A DNA stretch of 64,000 bases, taken from contig NC_043003.1 of the NCBI RefSeq assembly GCF_006345805.1, forward strand, positions 22,754,001 to 22,818,000, given 5' to 3'. Source of the stretch: Octopus sinensis (lineage: Eukaryota). A model generated the notes under the pieces. The model was not told the origin of the DNA, did no database searches, and saw nothing but the letters and a program-made list of their open reading frames with translations. Made by a program: the position numbers and the translations under genes. This document shows, one piece after another, positions 39,745-53,309 of this stretch. Each line of letters begins with the position of its first letter. The first letter of the stretch is position 1.

Positions 39745-40420
39745 TGGCGAGCTGGTAAAATTGTTAGTATGTCGAGCAAATGCTTGACGAAATTTCATCC
39801 GTCTTGACGTTCTGAGTTCAAATTACGCCAAGGTCAATTCGGTCTTTCATTTTTCTTTTTCGGGGTCGGTACAATAAGTACCAGTCAAGTACTGAGGTCG
39901 ATGTAATCGTCGTGCCTCACCCCATAAGTTGCTGGCCATGTGCCAAAATTTGAATCCATTATTATTATTATTATTATTATTATCAACATGACGGTGAGTT
40001 GGCAGAATCGTAAGTGTATCAGGCAAAATGCTTAGCAGTATTTCTTCTGTCTATTTACGTTTGAGTTAAAATGTCCCCCACCCACCCTGAGGTCGACTTT
40101 GCCTTTTAGCTGGATCGATAAAATAAGTAACAGTTCAATATTAGAGTTGAAGTAAGGCGTCGCGCTGGCAGAAACGTTAGCACGCCGGGCGAAATGCTTA
40201 GCGGTATTTCGTCTGTCTTTACGTTCTGAGTTCAAAATCCACTGAAGTCAACTTTGCCTTTCATTCTTTCGGGGTCGATAAATTAAGTACCAGTTGCATA
40301 CTGGAGTCGATCTAATCGACTGGCCCCGTCCCCCCAAATTTCGGGCTTTGTATCTAGATTAGGAAAGAATATTAAAGTTGAAGTGATCGACTAACCTATC
40401 TCACTTGAAAATTTCATGAT
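39745..40420 (+). mobile_element. Three family-B SINEs; the youngest (40154-40367) is nested with a 17-bp TSD
   Basis: TSD aatatta(g/a)agttgaagt at 40137-40153 and 40368-40384. Confidence 0.85.
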
Positions 40421-40627
40421 TATTGTTATTATTATTGTTGTTGTTGTTGTTGTGAAAGTTTTTGAGAAAAAAATTGTTTTCTTCCGAGAGACGTGAACTT
40501 TGCTTTCTGTTTTCGTTTTGTCTTTTTTTTTTCCAAAAGATTTCTGAAAGCATTACACGCACACACACAACACTCTACATTCCGTGATCCTTCTAATCTC
40601 CCATTCTTGCCTTCTTTCTGTTTTTCT

Positions 40628-40663
<36 letters not shown>

Positions 40664-41419
40664 TCCTTCATTCTTTCTCTCCCGTTTCCGCTCTCCAACC
40701 CTCCCTCTCTCTTTCCTTTCTCTCTCCTTCATACTCTTCCCCATTCTCCCTTCACATTCACACTATTGCGTGTTGCATATCCGAAGCGTTCATAAAAGAT
40801 ACGTTAAGTAGGGCACAGAAAGTACAGAAAACTGTTGAGCTTTCTGTAACGATTGTCAATGTATTACGATGCGCATGCGTGTCTTGGTGTGTGTTTTATA
40901 CTTAATAGTGAATGTACTTATACTTATAATCGAACGTACATGTGTGTGTGACTGTGTGTATTACATTAATGAATTAGTGCATGTGTAGTACATTAATGTA
41001 TATATGTATTATATTTATGAGCATGTCTACCTATATACCTCTATGTGTGTGGATGTGTTTGTATATTATGTAGTTCATATTTACATCTGTTAATATTTCA
41101 CTATATCAGTCTGTGAGTGTGTATGTGTGATTGTCTGTTTGTGTGTTTGTGTCTGTATGTGTAAATATTTTTATACATTTATGAATGGATGCGTGTAAGA
41201 ACATGTTATATAATGTGAATAACGATCAATTTTGTGTGTGTGTGTGTTACGTGTTTCGTATTCGCTAGTATTGTATGTATGTATGTATGTATGTATGTGT
41301 ACGTGTGTATTCATATGCATGTGAATCGTTAACAAATGTGCATGTACATATGTTGGTACACATATGTACACGTATAAGTAATTACTAGTATGTGTGCATA
41401 TATATATATATATATATAT

Positions 41420-43410
41420 AAATGGATGAATGAATTATCCTTTGTTTACCGTTAACAAGGAAAATTCAATAAACCGTTACCAGGGTAGCAAAATTCACGC
41501 CAGTAACACGGTTGAAGCGACCTATTCAAAGGTAGAAACTCCGGGTTAATGTGCAGTAATTTGTGTATCATAAATAAATAAATAAATAAATTTATAAATA
41601 AATGGAGTTGAACGAAGAAGTTATTAAAATTCTTTTACTTTCGACATATGTTTCGAAGACAACATGGTTTTATTCCAAAGGAATAAACGGTGTAAAATGC
41701 AATCTTCTCATCAGGAAAGAAAGAGAGAGCCTCTATGAACAACAAGACATTATAACAATTATAATATATATATAGATATATATATAACATTAGAAACCCG
41801 TGCATTATCCCCAAAAATAGAACCAGGAGCCCCTCACCATAGAAATAGTAGCCCTCGATATTAAATGAAGGAATATATAAACTCCTAAATTCAATCTAGT
41901 TTAAAAGTTTACATGCCTGGATCCCCTACGGGTGTTCCAACAACAATACCCAAATCCCTTTACCAACATATCTGAGTTTAAATCTCACCCCACCCATATC
42001 AACTAACTACATTATATACTTATTAGGCCAATTTCTCCTTAATATAACCTATTCACCCTTTAACAAACGCTAGCTCTTTCTATCATGAACCTAATTTGGA
42101 ATACAGAGGGCATTGGTGCCTAACCCCAAGGTTACCCCCCCCCCGACAACTAATTTTATTTTTCTGTGCATGCTATAACACAGGTGAGCATTTTTGCACT
42201 AGTTTCAATCTGGACTTAATCTTTCCAGCCAGCATACTGGTCCGTTCTCACTTATAGTGAACCCTAGTAGTCCTATCCGCTTAGGAAAAGCACAACCCGC
42301 TGTAGAATATAACTTAAATTTAATAACTTAACATTCACTAATCCCCTCTCTAGATGGTATAGGTCTGTATTTAGGCACTATAGTAGATGACTTCCCATGA
42401 GATATTATTAATCTTAGGTTTATTGCGTATGAAGGGAAGTGAAATTTTGTGGAAGACTCAGTGGTTACATCCACATAAGGATTAATATAACAATAAGTTT
42501 AGTAATACGAACAATCTAATTATAATTATAACATATTATACGTTCAGTAAAATTTAGTAAACTGTGGTGAGATATGGAGTTTATAAGCATATTAGTAATT
42601 ATCAAGTGATTTAACTTAATTGTTTGTGGTTTTTGTACTTGTGCTCTCTCGTATGTCTGAGAGGCAGAATGCACTCAGGAAACTGTCGACATTTACTTGT
42701 TCGTCTAGTATTACCACCACTTGGAAGTTTGCTGGCTATATAAGATGGCAGATTTTGCATTATATTTCGAAGGTAATTCCCACTAGCATTCACCTCCCTA
42801 TCAGTTGTCTCCCCTTAGCTGTAAAAAAGTTGATAGCCGTATTCGTTGCTAGTATTTACTTTATTTTTATTATTTTTTAAATTTTATTTTGTTATATTGA
42901 GATGGAGTAGAAGGGCATAAGCGGCCTCGTACTACTTATGACATAGTCTTCTCCCCCACACGTTTTTATTTACTGGTTCCTTTTTTCTTCTTTATTTACG
43001 TCTACCCCTGTAAGGGTCTTAACTTGCTCTTGGTTTAAATATAACTGACAAATTGTAGAAATTGCAAGACTTTGGTCAATTCCATTACGGACAACGGGTA
43101 TTTGGTCTCTAGAATATTTCAGTAAGTACACCATTAAAAAAAATCGACGGGTTTGGTTTTGGATAAATATTAATTAGCTCTATTTACGGAATCATAAGTA
43201 CTATTCGTTTTCTAGACATTTTGGCGATTCCCACCTTACTTTAGCACTAGTTATACCCTATTACTAAGTATATACTCTTGTACCCTTACGTAAATGGATT
43301 GCCAATAAATTATTTCTCTATCTTATTTGCTAGTTCTGTCTTTTGCCTATCGACTTCAAGCTTCACAAAGCGAAATGGTATGATTCTAATATATTGAGCC
43401 TTCTTGCCTC
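41420..43410 (-). mobile_element. Strongly decayed Penelope-like element (RT thumb and GIY-YIG remnants) with hammerhead-bearing 3' end
   Basis: Minus-strand frameshifted remnants in the expected order: AQYIRII...RKG(Y), a Cys-rich C..K...C-like motif, I.CKIC..YI (GIY-YIG-like), R..EH. Same-strand hammerhead near the end. Abuts (TA)n. Confidence 0.55.
41634..41722 (-). ncRNA. Type I hammerhead ribozyme with intact core
   Basis: Minus strand CUUUC-CUGAUGA-GAAGA..UCUUC-GAAAC-AUAU-GUC/GAAAG. Stem I CUUUC/GAAAG, stem II GAAGA/UCUUC (extended), palindromic helix III ACAUAUGU. Confidence 0.85.
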
Positions 43411-43455
43411 ATCTTGGGGTCCTGTTATTTCCTCTTCTTATTCTATGTATTTGTA

Positions 43456-43575
43456 TTCACTCTGATGAAGCTCCATGTACTAGATCGAATATGCTATAAA
43501 GATGGCAAATATTATTTTCGGGATTTTCTCTGTAAGCACCGATTTACGTCGGCAGCCGAAACGGCCGTAAGAGAT
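43456..43575 (+). ncRNA. Second hammerhead-like motif, partly degenerate
   Basis: CUGAUGA (43462-43468), AGCU...AGCC, GAAAC GGCC GUA (43558-43569). Palindromic ACGGCCGU. Weak stem I (CACU/AGAG). Confidence 0.6.
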
Positions 43576-43964
43576 GGTGTGTATTGTTATGTTATATCTT
43601 GTATTCAAAAATAATTAACCGATGTTGGACAAATTGTTTGTAGATCAAACGTTTTCTCCTTTTTCTGTTCATTTAAATTTGATTCCTGATAATATTTTGT
43701 TTATTCAGTTTTTTACCTGTACCCTACGAGCATAGTATGCTTGCTTACCCATGTATAGGTAAATGATACCTGTAGTAGGAATGGATATTCTTATCCTTAG
43801 ACGGTTATTACAACCGCTAACTCTGCTTACCTTATATACATATGTATATATATACATATACATATATACATATATACATATACATATATATACATATATA
43901 TATATATGTGTATATTGGCAGGGCTGGCCTGCTAGGTAGCCGGCCAGAATGCTAGAAGAATTTT

Positions 43965-44003
<39 letters not shown>

Positions 44004-44045
44004 TATATATTTATAAATATATATATGTATGTATGCTTACCTTAT

Positions 44046-44089
<44 letters not shown>

Positions 44090-44189
44090 TATATATTATA
44101 TATATATATTATTATATATATATATATATATATATGTTTGTATGTATGTATGTGCGTGTCTGTATTATATAAATTGTTTGTAGTCTTTC

Positions 44190-44400
44190 ATTCTTTTTAT
44201 TCTTTTACACGCTTCAGCCATTTGACTACGGTCATACTGGAGCAACGCCTTAATAGGTGTTAGTCGAAGAAATGTATCCCAGGACTTATTCTTTGTAAGC
44301 CTAGTACTTATTCTATCGATCTCTGCGTTACCGGGACACCAAGCACACTAACATCGGAAACACACACACACACACACATATGTACATATGTATATACATA
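44190..44400 (-). mobile_element. Family-A SINE 3' half
   Basis: ccccaggacttattctttgtaagcctagtacttattctatcg. Confidence 0.8.
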
Positions 44401-45206
44401 TACATATATGTTTATATGTGTGTGTTTATGTGTGAATGTGCATGTGTGCGTTTTGGTTGGTGCAGATGCCGTTATGGTACATAAAAAGTGATTAAAACGT
44501 TCGGAAATAAGGGAAAGAATGTGGATTGTACAAAACAAAACAGAAAAACAAAAGGGTGGTGGTGGTGGTGGTGGAGAAAAAGAAATAAAATGATGGATAT
44601 TAATTCAAGGATATAACAGAAACGGAAGCTGCAGTTATTTTCTACGATAATGAGAAAGACGTGAAGAAAAAAACAGAAACAAAAACCTTTATATAAAAAT
44701 AATTAAAACAATAAGAAAAGAAAGGAAGTTATAGAGTATAGAAATTTCCACTGTGGAAGTGGGGTGGGACAATGTTGATACGTTGAATAGAAACATTAAA
44801 GCAATTAAATGGATTCGAAGAAATAATTTGAAAGAAAAACTATATAAAAATACAAAATGCGAACTCGTGGCGCAGCTCAAGAGAACAGCACAAATGGTTT
44901 GTTATATAGGTCGGTGAAGTGTTCATTGGTAAGAAGGCGAAGGCAAGCTGTTTCAATCTAAACATTTATTCGTTTACTAATATTGATTTAATGATATGTT
45001 AGCACCTTTTTTTTAGAAACATTATTGTTAAATTTATGATAATTAATATCGTGTTTAATATTTAAATTAGTTTACATGCGGACAGCAATAAGACCTAGAA
45101 ACTTAAGAGACTCCGGCATATCCAGACCGTGAGTCCAGACCGTGAATTTAGATTTGATTCCCGGCTGGGCTGCTTGGTGTCAATTAATGCTTTTAATATT
45201 AAAGTT

Positions 45207-47771
45207 TCGGTCTTTGGTGGACCAGAACGGGCGCGAGGTTACCCAACCGAAGCAGATGTGTACGGTGTTTCAGCGGCACTTTGCTCAACTGTTTGGGACG
45301 AGCGGTGGAACGGACACCAACGGTACAGACTTCGGTGTGTACCTGGACGGACTGCCGCAACTCTCGGACAGCGAGGCAGAGTGCTGCGAAGGACCGATAT
45401 CTGCCTGGGAAGTACAGGAAGCGATGAAGAGTTGCACGAGAGGTAGATCGCCGGGTTTGGATGGTCTGCCCTACGAGCTTTACTTTTCAATGCCAGACTT
45501 GTTTGCGGACCTGTTGGCAAACGTCTACTGCAACTGGCAGCAAAACGGGAGAATTCCTGCTTTTGTCTGTCGAGGGGTGGTGGCTTTGCTAAAGAAGGAC
45601 CCAAACAAGGGGGACGTTATAGGGAATTTCCGGCCCATCACTCTGCTCAATGCAGAGTTGAAGATTTTGGCCAAGGTGCTAGCCAAGAGATTGGCGCTTG
45701 TCGTGGACAAGCTGGTCGGCGGGACGCAGACATGCGCCGTGCCGACCAGGTCGATACACGACAACCTCCATCTCATGCGCTACATCATAGAGAGGGTGGG
45801 TAACGACGCTGGCGCGGGTGGGGCTTTGATCAACTTGGATCAGAGTAAAGCCTTCGATAGGGTCGACCATCGGTACCTGGCAGCTGTCCTCAAGGCAGCC
45901 GGCTTCGGTCCAGTTTTCCGCGGGTGGATCGCTGCTTTATACAGCAACATCTGCTCGGTGATACGGGTGAACGGTCACCTTTCGGAACCGTTCGACATCT
46001 CGCGTTCGGTCCGCCAAGGATGCCCTCTCTCCTCCCTCTTGTACATTTTGACTCTCGAGCCATACTGCGCAAGTTGGAGGCTTTGATGGGCATCCCGCGC
46101 GATCTAGGAGGCGGAAACAGCGTGTCTGCTTATGCCGACGACGTCACCGTGGTGGTGTCGAGCCACAGGCACATTGGCCTGATTGGCGAGACGCTAAACC
46201 AGTACGAAGCGGTGACAGGGGCAAAGATTAACGCGGAAAAGTCTGTGGGCTTGCAACTCGGCACCTGGAGAGGCAAGCCCATGCCGTCCAACAGCGTCGT
46301 AGGGCGCTGGACAGACGGACCCGTTAAACTGCTCGGGGTCTGGTTCGGTCCGGACCTCCAGGTGGATAAGAACTGGGAAGAGGTGACGAGCAGGGTGGCA
46401 CGTCTCACCCAGAAATGGGCCGAGAGGAAGCTGTCCCTGAAAGGTCGAGCGGAGGTGGCGAATGCGTACATCGCATCCGTCATCTATTACCGCTTGACCG
46501 TCGTCCCTTGTCCCGACCGCTGGTTGGCCAAGCTGGTACGCCTACTCTTCGACTTTTTGTGGAAGGGTCAGGTGCCACTGGTCAGGCGATCCATCTGCTG
46601 TCAACGACCGCTGAACGGAGGCCTTGGAATGCCGTGGTTGCTGTTGCGCAGACATGCGCTCAGGCTGCGGCATCTCAAGCGCTTCCTAGACGGTGAACAG
46701 GTGTGGTCGTCTTTTGTCAGACGCGATTTTCCGCAGCTCGTCTCTTTGACGGAGCTGCAGACCTGGATCAAACGTAGACCGAGAAAGGGCGCTTGGCACC
46801 TCGAGTGCCGTCAAGCCCTCTCCGCCCTCCGCCAGGCGGGCAATGCGGTCGGTTACAGCTCCACTCTAGCGTTCTATAGAGGGTTAGTGGAGGAAAAATG
46901 CGACGACGTTCTCGGGGAAACTCTAGGCGTTGAAGACGACGAACTGAGCAGTCTGTTCGGGATGACTTTCGGGCCGGGGCCGATGGATAATTTCCAGAGG
47001 TCTCTCGCCTGGCAGTGCTACCGAGGGGCTCTGCCTGTTCGAGATAAACTCTACCGGCACGGAAGTGCCGTCAGCCGGGCCTGCCCGAGGTGTTGCCAGG
47101 ACGACGAAACCGTTCTGCACGCACTCGTCCAGTGCCCGAGTATTGCTGAAATATGGGTTTATGTCGAACAGCTACTGTCACGTGTAGGACGGATCCGACT
47201 ATCGGCCGAATCCATAGTGAAGATTGCCCCGCCGACCTCCTTTAACAGGAGGGCGAGGCCGTTTTCTTGTGCCTTGTGGCTGTGGCGAAAGAAGTCGTGT
47301 GGTGGACTCGTTTGAAAGGGCTAAAGTCAGACACTTTCCTCTTTGGTCAAGGCCTCATCAACTTTTTCAAGTTTCACTTGAAAAGGAAGATGAGGTTAGA
47401 GAGGAAAGTGCTGTCCGATAGCAAGTTTTATGAAAGGTGGGTGAATTGTGCGAGACTGGCCTGTATAAATGGACCAGTTCTCAGGTTTCGCCTGTGATTT
47501 CAAAGAAAAAGGTAATGTAAAAGGAGAAGAAAGGGGACTCTCTACACCCCTTTTTTTTGACCAGGCTCCCGTTGGCTTTTGTAGGGTTTTTTCCACCGGG
47601 AACATTTCGAGACGTCTCCCCCTTTTGGGAGTTTTTCATTGTTTTAATAATCATTGCTTTAAAATTTTTTACACGGATTTTTAACAAACGGACAAAACCC
47701 TTTGTAACCTTTCGTCCTGTCTTGTCCCTTTATGTAATCATGCGTGTCAGCCCTTGTGGCCAATAAAAAAG
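45207..47771 (+). mobile_element. 5'-truncated Tx1/L1-clade LINE: ORF2 RT and CCHC zinc finger, two frameshifts, 12-bp TSD
   Basis: SPGLDGLPYE, NFRPITLLNAELKILAK, LDQSKAFDRVDH, VRQGCPLS, AYADD, LLGVWFG, GGLGMP, CPRCCQDDETVLHALVQC. Frameshifts near 46060 and 47250. TSD aatattaaagtt at 45195-45206 and 47772-47783. No endonuclease domain retained. Confidence 0.97.
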
Positions 47772-47805
47772 AATATTAAAGTTGCCTGTAATTAATTACA
47801 AAGGT

Positions 47806-47845
<40 letters not shown>

Positions 47846-47857
47846 TACATACATACA

Positions 47858-47923
<66 letters not shown>

Positions 47924-47930
47924 TACACGA

Positions 47931-48237
47931 GGAGGCGCAATGGCCTAGTGGTTAGGGCAGCGGACTCGCGGTCGTAGGATCGCGGTTTCGATTCCCAGAC
48001 CGGGCGTTGTGAGTGTTTATTGAGCGAAAACACATAAAGCTCCACGAGGCTCCGGCAGGGGGTGGTGGCGATCCCTGCTGTACTCTTTCGCCACAACTTT
48101 CTCTCACACTTCCTTCTGTTGGCCTGCTCGCTTAGCCAGCGGGGTGGCGTCATTTGAAGGCTAAAACAATGCGAAGCGCATTGTGACCAGCGATGTGTAA
48201 CAACATCTGATGGCCTGGTCGGTCACGGTGCCGTGAT
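47931..48237 (+). mobile_element. Family-D SINE with an alternative tail
   Basis: Head matches 13378 up to ctttctctcac, then a different tail (ggcctgctcgcttagccagc...tcacggtg). Confidence 0.85.
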
Positions 48238-48642
48238 ATATATACACACATGCTTATATAGATGGGTACACGTACACACACACACACATACACAATGTAA
48301 TGACCTGTCAGTGGGATCAACAAAAATGTACTTCGTTCACTAAAAGTAAAAGTAAAGTTTAATATACATTGGATTTAAATGCGAGTTACTATTAATTTCA
48401 TGTTTTTGAAAATACAATGGCCGGACAAGCCTGTATAGAGACTGTGTCTGAATAATTGCACGGATATAGAAGGTACATGCTTGAAGAAGACAGTAAGCCA
48501 CCAGAACCAGAACGTGGACTAGAACCAATCGGTAGAATAGAATCCATTCCTATGAATTTATTTCGATTTTATCTTGTCTATTCCTGAAGAATAGAAGACA
48601 TAGTCGATATAAGTGAGATTTAATTACACACAAGCACACAAG

Positions 48643-48675
<33 letters not shown>

Positions 48676-51074
48676 CTTCGTATGTATATATATATCTCAC
48701 TCTCTCTTTCTCTCTCTTTCCAGATGGTTACGCCACCTCCTAGAAATAGCAATCTAATCTCCCTCAAATTATATATCAGCAAAGAGAAAATTACGCTGGC
48801 TAAAGTAACCTCAAATAATGCCACAAAGAATTCTGTCTAATGTTTTAACGATTCTACAGATCCGCTATCTTCATAAAATTCCAACAGAAAGAAATGAAAA
48901 ACAATCACAATCACAATTACTGTCTTGGAAAAAGGAAGGAATACGATACATTAAACAAAGATTCCATCAATTATGAAAATTTGGTCACATGAAGTTGCTC
49001 AAAACTGTTATATATATTTTTTTGATTCCTAACAATAATTAGGGAAATCACACTTGATCATTGATCAAATTCGATCCTAGAAAAATTGCGAAGCTTTGGT
49101 GAAAATAAGAAACAAAAGCAACAAAAAACAAAGGTTATAAAAGATGTTTAGCTTCTAATTCATTAATTTCCAGCGTCGGTAAAATATGTTTGATCTCTCT
49201 TCTGCCATTTCCCTTTCCCCATTGCTGTCATTGTCTACTACAAGGCTACTCCTTTCATCTGTGGCTCTCTCACTCTCTCTCTCTCTCTCTCTCTCTGTTT
49301 CTCTTTACTTTTCTTATCTCTTGCTTTGTCTATCATGCTAACTTAGTCTGTCTTTCACAGTCCTATCATTTGCTTTGTTTACCAACCAGTCTGCCTGTCT
49401 TTTGCTGTACTATCTTTTGCTTTGTCTATCATTCTGTCATTGTCTGTCTCTATCTGCGTGTCTGTGGCTGTCAATCTGTCTGTGTGTCTGTTTGACTGTC
49501 AGTCCGTCTGTTTCTCTCTTTGTCTTATCTCGTGGCTTGGTTAATCAATCTATCTGTCATTCGCTCACTTTGTTTTTCTCTATCTAATATTGTCAAAATA
49601 CGAAGCCAATCCTGGGTCCTACACGCATACACACACAACCACTCATTCACAAACACACAAATGCACAGACACATTCACGCATCAACATATACACAAACAT
49701 GCACGTACACTCAGTAGCGTACTGGGATCGATGTAATCGAGCTGGCCCACCTTCGAAATTGCTGGCCATGTATCAAAATTCGAAACAAATATGATATTGT
49801 AATGTCTTCAATTCCTAAAATAAGATAATTATGCAGATTCCCTTTGCATCATTATCTTTGACAGTTCAGCTCTTCATCCCGAAGAATACTTTGCAATTTA
49901 ATTGTAACGTATTGCAATCTGCTGTTACCGTCAATTTATTATCGATACATCAACCACAAATTTTATTTTACATCAGAACTGAAAAACAAAGAGTTAATGC
50001 ATTACTTCTCACCATTACCAAATCAAGACACTATGCGCAGGTCATTCAATGACATTACAACAAACTTTTCGAGAAAGTATTTAGATGTAAGTCTCAATAT
50101 AGCGTGACCCGTCAGTTCTAGAATACTTTTACCATAGGGTTTGACATACCCTTTTATATCCTTTTAAAGCTTATTATTATCAGCATAGTAATTGTAAAGT
50201 GTTTGCGTGAGTAGAAATACACACATACACACACACATGTCTGTATGTATATTCGTATATTCGTATATATGAAAGAAAGAATGTATATGTATTTATAATG
50301 TATAAAAGAATTACAGTATGTATTATTTTTTTAATGTTCTCGTATTGTAAAAATGCTTAAATTATTGTAACATTCAATTTCGAGCTCTTAGCTGCAAGTG
50401 GTGGTGACAAAATTAATTAGTTGTTAAAGATAACATATGTAGCAATTTTAATATTGCTCTTGGCTACTGGTTCATTACTACATTATTTAAATTAAGGTAA
50501 TTTTCTTTTTAGCTTCGATATAATCTACACAAATAACTTTTCCACTAAAAGTTGAAGAAAGGTCAGCGATACCAAAAACTGTTAAAGAAGTAAATAATAA
50601 TTCTATAGAAATTGTACTATTTCTCGAACAAATCGAATCATGGTATAATCATGGCGGAATAGCACTCTGACTGTAGAGCTTATTAAATTAGTATTAATCT
50701 AATAATTGCCGTATTATGTAAAGGTAATTTTCGCCGAAAATCTTTCAGCTTTGACTAAATTTATCATCTTAAAATATCCAAACGATTCAGCTGATTAATA
50801 TTTTAGATTTAGAATTTCCTTCGATAAATATTTAAAGCATTCTCTTGAGATGGAAGTGAAAAACAAAATAAACAAAGCAAGACCAAAACAAAATGGTGTA
50901 ATTCTTTTTTAAAGCATGCATACTTAATACAAACAGAAACTTAGCGCCATTTGCAAATTAATATAACCGCCGCTACTTTTATAGAATTTGTCCATAAATA
51001 AAGTATGCGGAATACAATAATCCACTACCGCTATTGCTGCAGTCATCATTACCGCTATTAATATCATTTCTACT

Positions 51075-51447
51075 ATAGATACAAGGTCTGGATTTTTGCG
51101 GGGGAGGAGGACAATCGATTACATCGACCCCAGTACGTGACTGGTATTTAATTTATTGACCTCGAAAAGATAAAAGACAAAGTCGACCTTGGCGGAATTT
51201 GAACTCAGAACGTAGCGACAGAAGAAATACCTATTTGTTTTCTACCCACAAGGGGCTAAACACAGAGAGGACAAACGGATTAAATCGATTATATCGACCC
51301 CAGTGCGTAAATGGTACTTATTTAATCGACCCCGAAAGGATGAAAGGCAAAGTCGACCTCGGCGGAATTTGAACTGAGAACGTAGTGGTAGATGAATTAC
51401 CGCTAAGCATTTCGCCCGGCGTGCTAACGTTTCTGCCAGCTCGCCTA
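51075..51447 (-). mobile_element. Family-B SINE partial dimer: Tx1-tailed unit joined to a standard-tail unit
   Basis: Minus strand: full head and body, tail cctctctgtgtttagccccttgtgggtag..aaata, then ggtatttcttctgtc, body and standard tail. Confidence 0.85.
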
Positions 51448-52899
51448 CTTATAAATACTATTAATATCAAAATGCATTTAAGCACCTTGGTGTAGATAAA
51501 TAAAGTGATAAGACAGGCCGCCGAACTAAACACTACAATATTCAGTTTCTCCATCATTCACATTCTGTATTGAATTCACATTTGGATATATTTTCCCTTT
51601 CTTTCCAACACCCCTAGAAACTGATAAATGAATAACAATATCCTCATCATTTTATAACCGCTTTCCGAGCTGGCATGGGTAGGATGGTTCGACAGGACCA
51701 GCCACTTTATAGAATTTACTGAATGCAATTTTTGTTGCATCAGCCCTATAGAGGTTGGTCTGCCACCAGCAAGACTAAACAGCTCATTCAGTCACCGTGT
51801 TGCCGCTTTTGGAATTGATCATCAAACACTTAGAGGATACTCTGTGCTTTTCGTGACACCAGCATTGATGGAGTCACCTTGTATCTTGCAAAGCGAAAGA
51901 GAGGACTACTTGATGGAAAGAAACATATTTATACTAGATATATTTGGTTGAATATACCTGCTCTGTATAAATAGTTTTCTGGAGCTTAGTTAAAGCAAAT
52001 CTAGGACAATATTCAAAAACCTTCAAAGTTTATTTTAGTGTTGTGTCTCAATAATATAATCTTTACATCTGAAAACATACCAAATTTGTAAATTAAATAC
52101 TAAAAATGCATCATGCTATGGTCGAGTTAAAGTGATCGATAGACAGAAAAATTGTTAAAATGTTTGACAAATGACCAGAAGTAATTGTTTCTGTAAATTA
52201 AAGGTTTGAGTCTACCCGAAATAATCTTACCATTTTTATTAAAGTTGTATATGTTTGTATATGTAAGGTTATCCTCAGCTCAGCCTGCACGTATGTGTAG
52301 ATGTATGGTTAACCTCGTCAGAGTCTGCTCATGTGTGCAGATGTATGGCTAATCTTGATGGCTGTTGGTCCTAAGAATCAGTATTATATCGTCCAGTATT
52401 TGAATCAAACAGGTCGAAAGGCAGAAATATGCCTTTCGGTATTTGTTCAAGCTCTTTTCAATTTAAATTCTATGAATTGAATTTTGTCTTTCATAATTCC
52501 TTGTTACATGAATAAAGCATCAAGCTAACTGCTCACTGCCTATTTTCCTTGTCTCTGTATCTCTTTCTCTTTTTCTCAAAATCAGCTACATAACTCTGTG
52601 TAAGGGTCATGGGGGTGGAGTTAACTCACAGTATCTTTCATCCATGGTATGAAGGAAGTTTGTGTCCTTTTCTAATCCGTCAAAACCACAGAATATTCCT
52701 AGAGCTAGGAACGAGAAGTGGAGAAAAAGGGATAGATTCGTGTGTGAGTGTGTGTGTGTGTGACCTGATTCCAGTTTAAGTACATTAAATATTAATTTGA
52801 TGTTCTTTAATTACTTTCCGTTTTTCTGTAATCATTCATTTATTTCTGTAATTTACAGAATCAATGTGCGTACAAGTTCTTGTTTTAAAATTCTGTCCA

Positions 52900-53309
52900 G
52901 GCGTAGGAGTGGCTGTGTGGTAAGTAGCTTGCTTACGAACCACATGGTTCTGAGTCCAGTCCCACTGCGTAGCACCTTGAGCAAGTGTCTTCTACTATAG
53001 CCTCTGGCCGACCAAAGCTTTGTGAGTGTATTTGGTAGAGAGAAACTGAAAAAAGCCCGTCGTATGTATGTATATATATATAAGTGTGTGTGTGTATGTG
53101 TATATGTTAGTGTGTCTGTATTCCTCCCACCAACATCGCTTGACAACAGATGGGGGTGTGTTTACGTCCCCGTAACTTAGCGGTTCGGTGAAAAAGACCG
53201 ATATAATAAGTATCAGGTTTACAAAGAATAAGTCCTGGGTTCGATTTGCTCGACTAAAGGCGGTGCTCCAGCATGGCCACAGTCAAATGACTAAAACAAG
53301 TAAAAGAGT
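52900..53309 (+). mobile_element. Family-A SINE
   Basis: Full match to the family. Confidence 0.9.
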
